Positions 8,994 through 18,428 of a stretch of 64,000 nucleotides of DNA are shown here, piece by piece (the first letter of the stretch is position 1; each line of letters opens with the position of its first letter). Origin of the DNA: Rhodothermaceae bacterium (GTDB lineage Bacteria; Bacteroidota; Rhodothermia; Rhodothermales; JAHQVL01); contig JAHQVL010000167.1 of NCBI GenBank assembly GCA_019634345.1, forward strand, positions 24,992-88,991. Reading direction: 5' to 3'. Under the pieces are notes generated by a model. It was given only the letters and a program-made list of their open reading frames with translations. It searched no databases and was not told the DNA's origin. Made by a program: the position numbers and the translations under genes.

Positions 8994-9953
8994 CTAAAAA
9001 ACCAATCGTTTAAACTGCTCGACGTCTACATTGCCTCCACACAGTACTATAACAACTCGGTTCAAGTCGGCACTGGGATTTGCCTTTGTATACTTCAGGA
9101 AGGAAGCCACACTGACACCGGCTGCCCCTTCAACGACCAGGTTGTACTCATCAAAAAGTAACTTCATGCCGGCCTGAATCTCCTCTTCCTCTACAAGGAC
9201 CCAATCATCTACATGCTGGCGACAAAGATCAAAGGTGATCGCTCCTTCTTCTATCCCTCCCACCGTTCCATCAGACAAGGTAGGCAACACGGTCCCTGCC
9301 ACGATCTTTCCTGCCTCAATGGATTCAAGCATAACGGGCGAGTTCGCGGGGAGGCATCCGATGATTCGAATGGCTGGATTTTTGGCCTTTAAGTATCCAC
9401 TAATCCCACCAATCATCCCCCCTCCTCCAACAGGTACAAACACAGCATCCAGGCTCGGAAGTTGATTCAACAGCTCGACACCAATAGTCCCCTGCCCGGC
9501 TACTACCTTTGGGTCATTGTACGGCGAAATGTATACCTGCCCTCTCTCATCCGCCTGCTTTCGAGCGTATTGCTCGGTATACACCGAATCGTCACCGAAG
9601 AACTGCACATTCGCTCCGTACCGTTTCAGCACATTCAGTTTGCGTTCAGAAACGGTTTCTGGAAGATAGATGGTGCCTGATACATCTAATTGCTTCAACC
9701 CAAACGTCACCGCCATTCCATGATTACCAGTCGATGCCGTTACGATCCCTTTTTCCTTCTCTTCATCATCAAGACTAAGCAACTTATTCAAGGCACCTCG
9801 TACTTTAAACGAGCGAGTATGCTGAAGACATTCCAATTTTAGATATACTTCTCGCTGGTTCGTATATAGAGTGTGGGCGGGTTCTAGAGGGGTCTTACGC
9901 ACGTAAGGGCGTATTTGCTTGTATGCATCGTTTACAGTGTCAGGAAAAAGCAT
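8994..9953 (-). CDS. PLP-dependent threonine/serine dehydratase family protein
   Basis: PLP-lysine motif SFKVRGALNKL and glycine loop VPVGGGGMIGG. ATG at 9953 preferred over the upstream TTG at 9980. Confidence 0.85.
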   Translation of the reverse strand: MLFPDTVNDAYKQIRPYVRKTPLEPAHTLYTNQREVYLKLECLQHTRSFKVRGALNKLLSLDDEEKEKGIVTASTGNHGMAVTFGLKQLDVSGTIYLPETVSERKLNVLKRYGANVQFFGDDSVYTEQYARKQADERGQVYISPYNDPKVVAGQGTIGVELLNQLPSLDAVFVPVGGGGMIGGISGYLKAKNPAIRIIGCLPANSPVMLESIEAGKIVAGTVLPTLSDGTVGGIEEGAITFDLCRQHVDDWVLVEEEEIQAGMKLLFDEYNLVVEGAAGVSVASFLKYTKANPSADLNRVVIVLCGGNVDVEQFKRLVF

Positions 9954-10023
9954 AGGTAGTGAGGGCTGATGGTGTAGCAAAGCTGTTTAAGGCGTACAAC
10001 GGAACTTGTTTCAAAACACATAC

Positions 10024-10040
10024 GTAACTATTAATGTTAC
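10024..10040. promoter_or_regulatory. Palindrome GTAAC-N7-GTTAC, candidate Rrf2 operator, 18 nt upstream of the rrf2-family gene
   Basis: gtaactattaatgttac read directly. Overlaps a second palindrome, tgttacaataaca. Confidence 0.5.
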
Positions 10041-10057
10041 AATAACATCAAAGAACA

Positions 10058-10591
10058 ATGAACAGCAGCCGTTTTGTAGTTGGAACCCATATCATGGTTG
10101 CCCTTGCGGGTAAAGCCCTGTTGTGTGGTCACTTCGGTATGAGCACGGTTGTAAGTTCTGATGAGCTCGCATTTAGCGTCAACACAAACCCCGTTGTTGT
10201 ACGTCGGTTGTTATCCTTGTTACAGAAAGCGGGACTAGTGACCTCAAAAGCAGGTCGATATGGAGGAACAACCCTAGCAGCCTCCGCCCAATCGATTACC
10301 TTGCGGGATGTATATGAAGCTGTAGAAGAAGAGGGGCTTTTTCATGCTCACTATCAGGGCCCGAATATGCACTGCGCTATTGGAAACTCGATTGAAGAGA
10401 TTCTAGAATCGCCCCTTTCACTCGCAGAGAAAGCAATGAAGGAGGCGCTTTCCGAGTATACCATCGAAGGGCTGGTACTGGAAATCATGCAAATACACAA
10501 GATTGGAGAAAAAATCGAAGCAGGAATGACCTATGAGGAGATCAAACAAGAATTCGATCAAGAGAGTACTTCTGCTTTAGATAAGTTTTAA
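10058..10591 (+). CDS. Rrf2 (BadM/Rrf2) family transcriptional regulator
   Basis: N-terminal wHTH typical of Rrf2: SSDELAFSVNTNPVVVRRLLSLLQKAGLVTSKAGRYGG. Confidence 0.85.
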   Translation: MNSSRFVVGTHIMVALAGKALLCGHFGMSTVVSSDELAFSVNTNPVVVRRLLSLLQKAGLVTSKAGRYGGTTLAASAQSITLRDVYEAVEEEGLFHAHYQGPNMHCAIGNSIEEILESPLSLAEKAMKEALSEYTIEGLVLEIMQIHKIGEKIEAGMTYEEIKQEFDQESTSALDKF

Positions 10592-10611
10592 TAATTTATT
10601 TACTTTTAATT

Positions 10612-10628
10612 GTAACAATTTCTGTTAC
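10612..10628. promoter_or_regulatory. Palindrome GTAACA-N5-TGTTAC, candidate Rrf2 operator (distal site upstream of the RND gene)
   Basis: gtaacaatttctgttac read directly. Confidence 0.5.
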
Positions 10629-10685
10629 TGAACGTTCTCTACACTCAGCACATAATCTGATCTTCGAATCAAAACGCATTAAAAT

Positions 10686-10702
10686 GTAACAATTTTTGTT
10701 AC
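10686..10702. promoter_or_regulatory. Palindrome GTAACA-N5-TGTTAC, candidate Rrf2 operator, 14 nt upstream of the RND ATG
   Basis: gtaacaatttttgttac differs from the 10612 site by one base. The two sites are 74 bp apart centre to centre. Confidence 0.5.
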
Positions 10703-10715
10703 ACATAAAACCACT

Positions 10716-13079
10716 ATGGAACCTCAAAACAAATTTCAGGAAGCAACAGTAGCGTTTGCACGCTGGGTAATACGATGGCGATGGGCCGTTGTGATCGGCT
10801 CTTTGATCGCAGCGATGGGAATTGGATCTGGTGCTCAAGGTCTTTTCTTCGACACTGGATACCGTGCCTTCTTCAATGAGGAGAACCCACAACTCATGGC
10901 ATTCGAGTCGCTGCAAAAAATATACACGAACAACGACAATGTATTGTTTGTTGTGGCACCAAAGGACGGAGAAGTCTTTGACACTGAAGTTCTTCTGGCT
11001 ATTGAGGAGATTGCGGCAGAAGCATGGAAAACACCTTTTGCTCTGCGCGTGGATGCGATCACCAATTATCAGCACACGTACGCTGAAGAAGATGACCTGA
11101 TTGTCCAGGAGTTGGTATACGAAGCAGCCTCCTTACCCCCTTCTGAATTTACTGCAATAAAAGACATTGCAGTAAACGAACCCTTCCTGCGCGATCGATT
11201 GATTGATCCCGATGCACGAGTTACAGGGGTTAACGTAACTCTTCAGCTTCCAGGAGAATCGCCAACCGAAGGTCCGGAGGCGTCTGCATTTTCACGACAA
11301 TTGGCAGACGAAATCCAGGCTAAATACCCCAATGTGGACATCTATCTTACGGGAATTGCTGAACTAAACAATGCGTTTGTAGAAATCAGCCAAAACGAGA
11401 TGTCTCGTTTATTGCCCCTTATGTTTGGGCTCATGATTTTGGTAATGATCATTTCCCTGCGCTCAGTAAGTGGTACAATTGCAACGATGCTGGTCATCCT
11501 CTTTTCTGTCATCGTTGCTATGGGATTTGGCGGATTCCTTAAAATTGGCTTGACTCCTCCCTCCGCCCAAGCACCTACGATTATAATGACGCTGGCAATA
11601 GCCGACAGCATTCATATCCTGGTGACTATGCTGCGGGAGATGCGTAAGGGCATGGGTAAGTACGATGCTATCGTAGAGAGTATCCGGGTAAACATGGCGC
11701 CTGTCTTTTTGACCAGTGTTTCTACGGTCATTGGATTTCTGACACTGAATTTCTCAGACGTCCCTCCCTTTAATCATCTGGGAAATATGACCGCTGTCGG
11801 AGTCGTTGGAGCCTTTGTATTCTCCGTTACCTTCCTCCCTGCTTTTATTGCCATCTTGCCCGTAAAACCACGTGTTATTGAGGAAGGTAAGAGTACGCTC
11901 ATGGATCGCCTGGCAGATTTTGTCATTTTACGCCGCAAACCACTCCTCTGGGTAACCACTGCGACTGTTGTTCTTTTTGCAGCGTTTATCCCTCTCAATG
12001 TACTGGAAGATCGGTTTGTAGAATACTTTGACGAAACGACATCCTTCAGGCAACATACAGATTTCACGGCTGACAACCTGACGGGGCTTTATCAAGCTGA
12101 GTTCTCTCTCGGCGCTGGATCAAGTGGAGGCATCAGCGATCCGGAGTACCTCATGAAGGTGGAAGAGTTTGCGTTGTGGCTTCGTGCAAAACCCGAAGTA
12201 CTTCATGTAAACACGTTTACCGATGTAATGAAGCGCCTCAACAAGAACATGCATGCGGACGATCCTTCGTACTATCGTGTACCTGATTCACGTGAGTTGG
12301 CCGCACAGTTTTTATTGCTATACGAAATGTCGCTCCCGTACGGCCTGGACCTGAACAACCAGATCAATGTTGACAAATCAGCAACACGACTAACGGTTAC
12401 ATTGGACAATATCAGTTCTGCCAATATGCGGCGCATTACGGAGGAATCCCAGGCCTGGCTTACTGAGAACGCGCCAGCACACATGTATTCGGTAGGTTCA
12501 GGAGCAGCCATCATGTTTTCCTATGTATCTGGGATCAACATTAGTAGCATGCTGCAAGGCAGTATCCTCGCCCTGTTCGTAATCTCCTTTTTGATGATTT
12601 TTGCCTTGCGCAGCCTGAAGCTTGGCCTCATCAGTTTCATTCCGAACCTATTGCCCGCCGTTATAGCATTCGGCATCTGGGGTATCATGAGCGGCGTTGT
12701 TAATCTTGGGCTTTCGATCGTAATTGGCATGACACTCGGCATTGTCGTAGATGACTCGATTCACTTTTTAAGTAAGTATCGACGAGCCAGAGAGGAGCAA
12801 GGCTTGAACGCAGAAGATGCCGTACGCTATGCCTTTAATTCTGTAGGACGAGCTTTGGTCGTAACTACGGTGATATTATCCCTTGGCTTCCTGGTACTTT
12901 CGACCTCCGTATTCTTGATGAATGCAAGCATGGGTTTGATGACGGCCATCACGATTGTACTGGCTCTGCTCATCGATTTCCTTATGCTCCCGCCCCTCCT
13001 CATTTGGTTGGACGGAAATAAAGAAAACAAACCACAGCCCGCGGGTACACCCGCTAACTCAGGGCGCTCCCTGTTTTAA
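10716..13079 (+). CDS. RND superfamily exporter (MMPL / COG1033-like), 12-TM with two large periplasmic loops
   Basis: 787 aa. Two homologous halves, each a loop plus a TM bundle, with sterol-sensing-like TM regions. Confidence 0.85.
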   Translation: MEPQNKFQEATVAFARWVIRWRWAVVIGSLIAAMGIGSGAQGLFFDTGYRAFFNEENPQLMAFESLQKIYTNNDNVLFVVAPKDGEVFDTEVLLAIEEIAAEAWKTPFALRVDAITNYQHTYAEEDDLIVQELVYEAASLPPSEFTAIKDIAVNEPFLRDRLIDPDARVTGVNVTLQLPGESPTEGPEASAFSRQLADEIQAKYPNVDIYLTGIAELNNAFVEISQNEMSRLLPLMFGLMILVMIISLRSVSGTIATMLVILFSVIVAMGFGGFLKIGLTPPSAQAPTIIMTLAIADSIHILVTMLREMRKGMGKYDAIVESIRVNMAPVFLTSVSTVIGFLTLNFSDVPPFNHLGNMTAVGVVGAFVFSVTFLPAFIAILPVKPRVIEEGKSTLMDRLADFVILRRKPLLWVTTATVVLFAAFIPLNVLEDRFVEYFDETTSFRQHTDFTADNLTGLYQAEFSLGAGSSGGISDPEYLMKVEEFALWLRAKPEVLHVNTFTDVMKRLNKNMHADDPSYYRVPDSRELAAQFLLLYEMSLPYGLDLNNQINVDKSATRLTVTLDNISSANMRRITEESQAWLTENAPAHMYSVGSGAAIMFSYVSGINISSMLQGSILALFVISFLMIFALRSLKLGLISFIPNLLPAVIAFGIWGIMSGVVNLGLSIVIGMTLGIVVDDSIHFLSKYRRAREEQGLNAEDAVRYAFNSVGRALVVTTVILSLGFLVLSTSVFLMNASMGLMTAITIVLALLIDFLMLPPLLIWLDGNKENKPQPAGTPANSGRSLF

Positions 13080-13110
13080 GCAACACTCAACGAACTAACA
13101 CCTGGCCATC

Positions 13111-13911
13111 ATGCATTTATATAAATCAGTACGCGTACTTTTTATCGCTCTTGTTTTCGCAGCACTAAACCCTCTAACCAGTTCTGCTCAAACTCCTGAA
13201 GAAAAGGGACTTGAAATCGCTCAGGAGGCAGATCAGAGGGATCTCGGGTTTGGAGATACATCGTCCCAAATGACCATGACCCTGCGAAACCGGCAAGGAC
13301 AAGAAAGCATCCGAAAAATCAGAAACCAGACCCTGGAAGTCGAAGGCGATGGGGACAAGAGCAAAATCATCTTTGATGAACCGCGCGACGTTCAAGGCAC
13401 TGCCTTTTTGAACTATACTCATAAATCAGGACCAGATGATCAGTGGCTGTACATGCCCGCTCTCAAACGCGTAAAACGAATCGCTTCGAATAACAAAAGC
13501 GGTCCCTTCATGGGTAGCGAGTTTGCCTTTGAGGATATCTCTTCGGACGAGGTTGAAAAATATACATACAAGTATCTCGGCGATGAAGATATCGATGGCG
13601 TTGCCCACTTTAAGCTGGAACGCTTCCCGGTAGACTCTAAATCTGGCTATACGAAACAAGTTGTATGGTATGACCAGGCAGAATACAGACCGATCAAAGT
13701 AGAGTATTATGATCGCAAGGAAGCCTTACTCAAAACGCTGACCTACCACGAATACAATCAATATGTGGACAAGTATTGGCGTGCGCATCGCATGGAGATG
13801 ATTAACCATCAAACGGGTAAAAGCACAACTCTTGAGTTTTCTGACATCAAATTCCAGAATGGCCTCACTGATCGTGAATTTGAACAAGCAAGCTTGAGGA
13901 ACGCTCGATAA
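13111..13911 (+). CDS. Outer membrane lipoprotein-sorting (LolA-like) protein
   Basis: Signal peptide. Resembles the LolA_like family that usually accompanies COG1033 exporters (WLYMPALKRVKRI, GSEFAFEDI). Confidence 0.7.
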   Translation: MHLYKSVRVLFIALVFAALNPLTSSAQTPEEKGLEIAQEADQRDLGFGDTSSQMTMTLRNRQGQESIRKIRNQTLEVEGDGDKSKIIFDEPRDVQGTAFLNYTHKSGPDDQWLYMPALKRVKRIASNNKSGPFMGSEFAFEDISSDEVEKYTYKYLGDEDIDGVAHFKLERFPVDSKSGYTKQVVWYDQAEYRPIKVEYYDRKEALLKTLTYHEYNQYVDKYWRAHRMEMINHQTGKSTTLEFSDIKFQNGLTDREFEQASLRNAR

Positions 13912-13945
13912 GTGCAATGTGCAATGTGCAATGTGCAATGTGCAA
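13912..13945 (+). repeat. Heptanucleotide tandem repeat GTGCAAT x4.7, directly after the stop codon
   Basis: Read directly: copies begin at 13912, 13919, 13926, 13933 and 13940 (partial). Confidence 0.95.
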
Positions 13946-14023
13946 AAAAAGATACTCGGATTTTGCTGACGGAACGTATTGATCCAGGAAAACGCAATCA
14001 TTATTTACTCATACATCAGTACT

Positions 14024-15280
14024 ATGCGGTCCCCATTACATCGACCCTTTTATTTCTTATCTGCTCTTTGCACGTTGTACGTTGCACTTTGCACTCTTTC
14101 GGTCTCAGCACAAGACTTAACCGGGCGCATTGATCTTGAATCACGATTATTCCCCAATTCAGGATTAATTCCGGGGCAACATGGTTCTAATGCATCTATT
14201 TCTGCAGAACCAGAGCTTTATCTGGACTGGAATGATGGATATCAGAGCCTGACAATTACGCCTTTCGCACGGTTTGACCTTGGCGATAGCCGGCGCACCC
14301 ATTTTGACATTCGGGAAGCGTACTGGTTAATGATCGCCAATACCTGGGAGTTGAAAGTGGGTTTTAACAAAGTATTCTGGGGTGTAACGGAGTCTCAACA
14401 CCTTGTTGATGTTATCAATCAGACCGACCTGGTTGAGGCTCCGGATGGGGAGGACAAACTGGGGCAACCTATGATTCAATGGACGTGGTTACCTGCATTT
14501 GGGACTATCGATGTATTTGTCATGCCCTTATTCAGGGAACGCACTTTTCCAGGATCTGAAGGACGTCTTAGATTCCCGTTTCCGATCGCTGTAGACCCTA
14601 CAATTCGGCATGAACGCATTGACCTGGCGGCACGTTGGTTTCAGCCTATATCCATTTTCGATATCGGAGTCTCCCATTTTTGGGGCACGAGCCGAGAGCC
14701 TCGTTTCGCTCCATTAGTAGATGATAACAATGAACTGTCGTTAATTCCCGTTTATGATACCATCAACCAGACAGGGCTAGAAATCCAAGCCACTTTCGGG
14801 GGTTGGCTGTTAAAAGTTGAGTCTATTCTTCGATCGGGCCAAGGGGATACGTTTGGTTCTATAGCAGGTGGTTTTGAGTATACGTTTGGAAATGTTGCTA
14901 ATAGTGGAGCAGATATCGGCCTACTGGCAGAATACCACTACGACAGCCGAGGTTCAGATTTTGAATTTGCTCCTCTCGACCCAACCTTTCCGACACCCCT
15001 AGTTAATGAACCCATTTCTCTTTCTTCCTTTGAGAATGATTTATTCCTGGGCTCACGCCTGGCTTTAAACGATGTACAAAGCACTGCTTTCCTCGGTGGC
15101 GGGATCATTGATATGGACTCCGGCACAACGTCCCTTTTTGCAGAAGCAAGCCGGCGTATCGGTAATCAATGGACGATCAGCCTTGAAGCGAGAGGGTTTA
15201 CAAATATCGATGAGGCGGATCCGTTCTACTTTTTCAGAAAAGACTCCTACTTCGAACTGCTCATTTCCTATTTCTACTAG
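14024..15280 (+). CDS. Putative outer-membrane beta-barrel protein, third gene of the RND/LolA-like module
   Basis: ATG at 14024 gives the signal peptide MRSPLHRPFYFLSALCTLYVALCTLSVSAQ. Alternating beta-strand-like pattern and an aromatic C-terminus (LLISYFY). Confidence 0.55.
   Translation: MRSPLHRPFYFLSALCTLYVALCTLSVSAQDLTGRIDLESRLFPNSGLIPGQHGSNASISAEPELYLDWNDGYQSLTITPFARFDLGDSRRTHFDIREAYWLMIANTWELKVGFNKVFWGVTESQHLVDVINQTDLVEAPDGEDKLGQPMIQWTWLPAFGTIDVFVMPLFRERTFPGSEGRLRFPFPIAVDPTIRHERIDLAARWFQPISIFDIGVSHFWGTSREPRFAPLVDDNNELSLIPVYDTINQTGLEIQATFGGWLLKVESILRSGQGDTFGSIAGGFEYTFGNVANSGADIGLLAEYHYDSRGSDFEFAPLDPTFPTPLVNEPISLSSFENDLFLGSRLALNDVQSTAFLGGGIIDMDSGTTSLFAEASRRIGNQWTISLEARGFTNIDEADPFYFFRKDSYFELLISYFY
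14068..14095 (+). repeat. Heptanucleotide repeat TTGCACN x4 (complement of the 13912 array), inside the signal-peptide coding region
   Basis: Read directly: ttgcacg ttgtacg ttgcact ttgcact. Confidence 0.9.
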
Positions 15281-15313
15281 CGTGAACCAGGTGGTAATCC
15301 ATTGTTGTAAGAA

Positions 15314-15355
15314 CATGAAAAGCCTTGATGCAAGAATGCATCAAGGCTTTTCATG
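15314..15355. terminator. Bidirectional rho-independent terminator
   Basis: Perfect 19-bp stem catgaaaagccttgatgca / tgcatcaaggcttttcatg with a 4-nt loop. The A-run and T-run lie within the arms. Confidence 0.85.
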
Positions 15356-15392
15356 TATGTAGACTTAAGAGTACCTTTCGTGTTAGAAAGGA

Positions 15393-15803
15393 TCACTCCT
15401 CCGCTTTACGGGAGGCGACCAGAGAAACATCGACACCAAAAGCACCTACATTCATCATACCCGTCAATTTCCCTTCAGTCAATGTCGTATTAACTTTCAT
15501 CGTGCCGTATTCGCCCCCATCAAATTGAAAAGTGAGTTTGGACATCTCAGAGTCAAACATGAGATTCTCTAGAGGAGCAAACTGTTCTGGGTTCTCATCA
15601 GCTGCAATCATCCCAGCCAAGCCACTTTCCTCTTCCATAAACTTCATCACACCCGTATAAACTCCTTGAGGAGTATCCAGGGAATACGCCCATTCACCTG
15701 CGAGAACATGCGGTTCTTCAGCTACTTTTTTGGTGCTGGCACAACCTGCAATAAACATCAGTGCTATGACAACAAGAGGTAGTTTAGTATTTAATTTGGA
15801 CAT
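15393..15803 (-). CDS. Small lipoprotein, hypothetical
   Basis: ATG at 15803 gives MSKLNTKLPLVVIALMFIAGC, a lipobox IAGC. Confidence 0.6.
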   Translation of the reverse strand: MSKLNTKLPLVVIALMFIAGCASTKKVAEEPHVLAGEWAYSLDTPQGVYTGVMKFMEEESGLAGMIAADENPEQFAPLENLMFDSEMSKLTFQFDGGEYGTMKVNTTLTEGKLTGMMNVGAFGVDVSLVASRKAEE

Positions 15804-15896
15804 AATATCATCGTTAGTTAATGGTGAGCGATGATAATCTCGTAAAAAAAAGACTAGATCGTCAACAGCAATAGAAAAATAATAGAAGCATTCACA

Positions 15897-15941
15897 CCTA
15901 GGGCGTGTGGTCATTCAGCAAGAAGGTCCACACGCCCTAGG
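15897..15941. terminator. Strong hairpin overlapping the stop codon of the coiled-coil gene
   Basis: Perfect 14-bp stem cctagggcgtgtgg / ccacacgccctagg with a 17-nt loop. Confidence 0.6.
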
Positions 15942-18168
15942 CAGAATCTAGATGTACGCCTGTTTTTGTAGGCGTTTTCGCTTGAGGAGCTTGCTCCATG
16001 TTTGCGTATATCTTTTCAAACTCCATCAAATCAACTCGAATTAGATTTTCGAGAAGCCCAAGCGTTTCCCACAACGACTCGTACGTATCCCCTAAGCTGG
16101 AGATATCATCAAAGCGATCAATCAAGAGAGCATGTTCTTTTATACGTTTTATTACAGATTCATCAAAGCGTGAATCATGCATTTTAATATCCCGCACAAT
16201 CTCCGAACATTGATCAACTGTATTTTTAATGCCTCTATGTTTAATCAGAATCCGCTCAGCCTTTTCTGACGCCTTCATTATCGAACGGGACAGCGTTCGA
16301 ACTTCTTGATGACAGGCAATGAGATCGGCATCTTCTAACGTCGATAGAGTGGTCTGAAACCCACTTAAGTTGATGACAGAGGCCAGTTTCCCATTGGGCT
16401 CAGGAATCGAAATAACGTGATAGGGAAAGATAAACCCTCCTCCACCTGTTCCTTGGATGCTATACACAAATTCGAGCCACTGTGCCCCCATTAGCTCTAT
16501 ATCCTTTCGAAGAATGCTCTGGATGAGGGCATAGTTTTCTTGTATGGCCCCAAGGGCCTGCTCCCATTCAAGTTTGAATTGTTCTACCTGGGCATGAATA
16601 TCAGGGATTCGTTCTTCAGGTATCGGATCGTGCCGTTGGGCCGAGGCGATGGGATTGTCTTGCAAAAGGAGTTCTACCTGCCCTAATAGCTCTTCAAAGG
16701 GCTCCCACTCAATCACATCAATGATAGGCTCCTGGTTTGAATACTGATAAAACTCAAGCACCGCCGATGTGCACTTCTTTAACAAGCCATTTTTCAAGAT
16801 GCTGTGTAATGCCTCAATATCCTTTACAAACCGATAGTTTTCTTTAAGCGCACTGATGGCAGAACTGTACTCTTCCACATCCTGCTCCATGCGTTTTGCG
16901 TGCTCCACAAAAGCCTGTACATTATCATATGGCCTTGGGTTGTCCCATCCAATTAGTGCCTTTTCAAATTGATTTGCTGCAAAAGTAGAGCGATCAAACT
17001 GAACCGTAAATGGGCACAAGGTGCTGGTCTTCGTCACCCAGTGATTGATATCGTCCATTTTTTGAAGCGGATTCAACTTCTTCTCAACGCTTGACCGGCT
17101 CGTATTCACAAAATTGATATCCTGATCAAATCGCTCAACCTCATCGAGGATGAAATGAATTCGATGAGTACGATCCTCGATCTTAAACTGATTTCGTTCG
17201 ATGAAATCATGTTCATACACTTCCCACAACTCCTTTAGCGCAACGACCCTTTTTTCCAGGTCCTCAATTACCATCCCTTCAAATAAATCGGAGCCCTTGA
17301 TGGTGCCGTATGAGGCATGCCATGCACGAACCTGCTTCTCCATCAACGTAAGTTCAGAAAACGTTTGATTTGCGACGCGAAACTCAGCCCTTGCAGTACT
17401 AATCTCCTCACTGGCCAGTACCAACCATACATGGATAGTGCTCAACATCTCCTTATCGGCCCTGGTGTCTGCTTTATTCTGGACGATCTCATCCAGGCGT
17501 TGAGCCATTGGCTCTCGCTCTTTTAATATCTGGGAGAGCTTTCTCAAGTGGCTTTCAATACGTTCTCCCTTAACACTCTCAACCACTTCGATATTTTCCA
17601 ACAAACATTCCCTGATATCTTTTTTCAGGGCCTCCATAGTTCCCTCAACCCTGGTTGGAATGCGCTTGATCTGCTCGTACGTGTCCGTACAAACTCCAAT
17701 TACTTTCTGAAGCCGATCAATCCGAAGAGCAGCGTCATCCAAACGCGATTTCCTTACTTTTACCTTTACCGCTTCAACAAGAAGGTGTCGGATACTGGAT
17801 TCATGAATGTGGGTATCCATCTCCTGGAAAATATCTACGATCTCCCGGCCCAACTCTTTCCATTTCTCTGTTGATTGATTCAAGCGGCCATACAATTCCT
17901 CATACAGTACTGAATGTACCTGTTCACTTTCATCTGCTAATGGAAGAAGATGCTTGTTGTTATTCCAAACCTTTTCGTACCGGTTGTTTAGGTGATCCAA
18001 CCGCTCAAAAATTCTTTTTTCAATGCTGTGCCTGAGGTCATGTTTAATACTCTCCAGCACCTTGTTCAAGGGACCAAGCCAATCTGTCTCCCTTGAGATA
18101 AAGATAAAGGCCACTGCGAACAGCAGAAAAAAGAAAGCAATCTGGCCAATTTGGAGGACAACGGACAT
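15937..18168 (-). CDS. Membrane-anchored long helical / coiled-coil protein, no recognisable family
   Basis: ATG at 18168 gives the N-terminal TM segment MSVVLQIGQIAFFFLLFAVAFIFI; GTG at 18204 is an alternative start. The rest is charged and heptad-like. Topology resembles EzrA, but I see no sequence motif match. Confidence 0.6.
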   Translation of the reverse strand: MSVVLQIGQIAFFFLLFAVAFIFISRETDWLGPLNKVLESIKHDLRHSIEKRIFERLDHLNNRYEKVWNNNKHLLPLADESEQVHSVLYEELYGRLNQSTEKWKELGREIVDIFQEMDTHIHESSIRHLLVEAVKVKVRKSRLDDAALRIDRLQKVIGVCTDTYEQIKRIPTRVEGTMEALKKDIRECLLENIEVVESVKGERIESHLRKLSQILKEREPMAQRLDEIVQNKADTRADKEMLSTIHVWLVLASEEISTARAEFRVANQTFSELTLMEKQVRAWHASYGTIKGSDLFEGMVIEDLEKRVVALKELWEVYEHDFIERNQFKIEDRTHRIHFILDEVERFDQDINFVNTSRSSVEKKLNPLQKMDDINHWVTKTSTLCPFTVQFDRSTFAANQFEKALIGWDNPRPYDNVQAFVEHAKRMEQDVEEYSSAISALKENYRFVKDIEALHSILKNGLLKKCTSAVLEFYQYSNQEPIIDVIEWEPFEELLGQVELLLQDNPIASAQRHDPIPEERIPDIHAQVEQFKLEWEQALGAIQENYALIQSILRKDIELMGAQWLEFVYSIQGTGGGGFIFPYHVISIPEPNGKLASVINLSGFQTTLSTLEDADLIACHQEVRTLSRSIMKASEKAERILIKHRGIKNTVDQCSEIVRDIKMHDSRFDESVIKRIKEHALLIDRFDDISSLGDTYESLWETLGLLENLIRVDLMEFEKIYANMEQAPQAKTPTKTGVHLDSA

Positions 18169-18428
18169 GAGGTGGGGGGTCTGCCCGGCGCGTGCAATGT
18201 ACACGGCCGGGATACAGGGTACAATAAGGCATTAAATGGTTTTGCAGCCTATAAAAAGCTAATATACAGGGGTAGACGCATGAATGGATCGATCCTCTCT
18301 GTGGTGCCAAAGGAAGCAAAGTGTCTCCCCTATTTCATACAAAACCTCTTCCGTTTTTGTAGAGTTGCTACCTCACTAAGTTCCCGTTTTGAGACAAGAA
18401 TTACCCATCCCCCAAAAAGAAAAAGCTT

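Noticed and set aside
10596-11075. 159-aa minus-strand ORF spanning the Rrf2-RND intergenic region
   Set aside because: It is antisense to the well-supported RND gene start, and the Cys-rich sequence has no family resemblance. It also runs through the operator palindromes.
13726-14133. Short ORFs (13726-14001 and 13809-13997 minus, 13912-14133 plus) with CTLH/CAMCNVQC-type repeats
   Set aside because: They are translations of the GTGCAAT/TTGCAC heptamer arrays and the intergenic spacer, with no independent coding signal.
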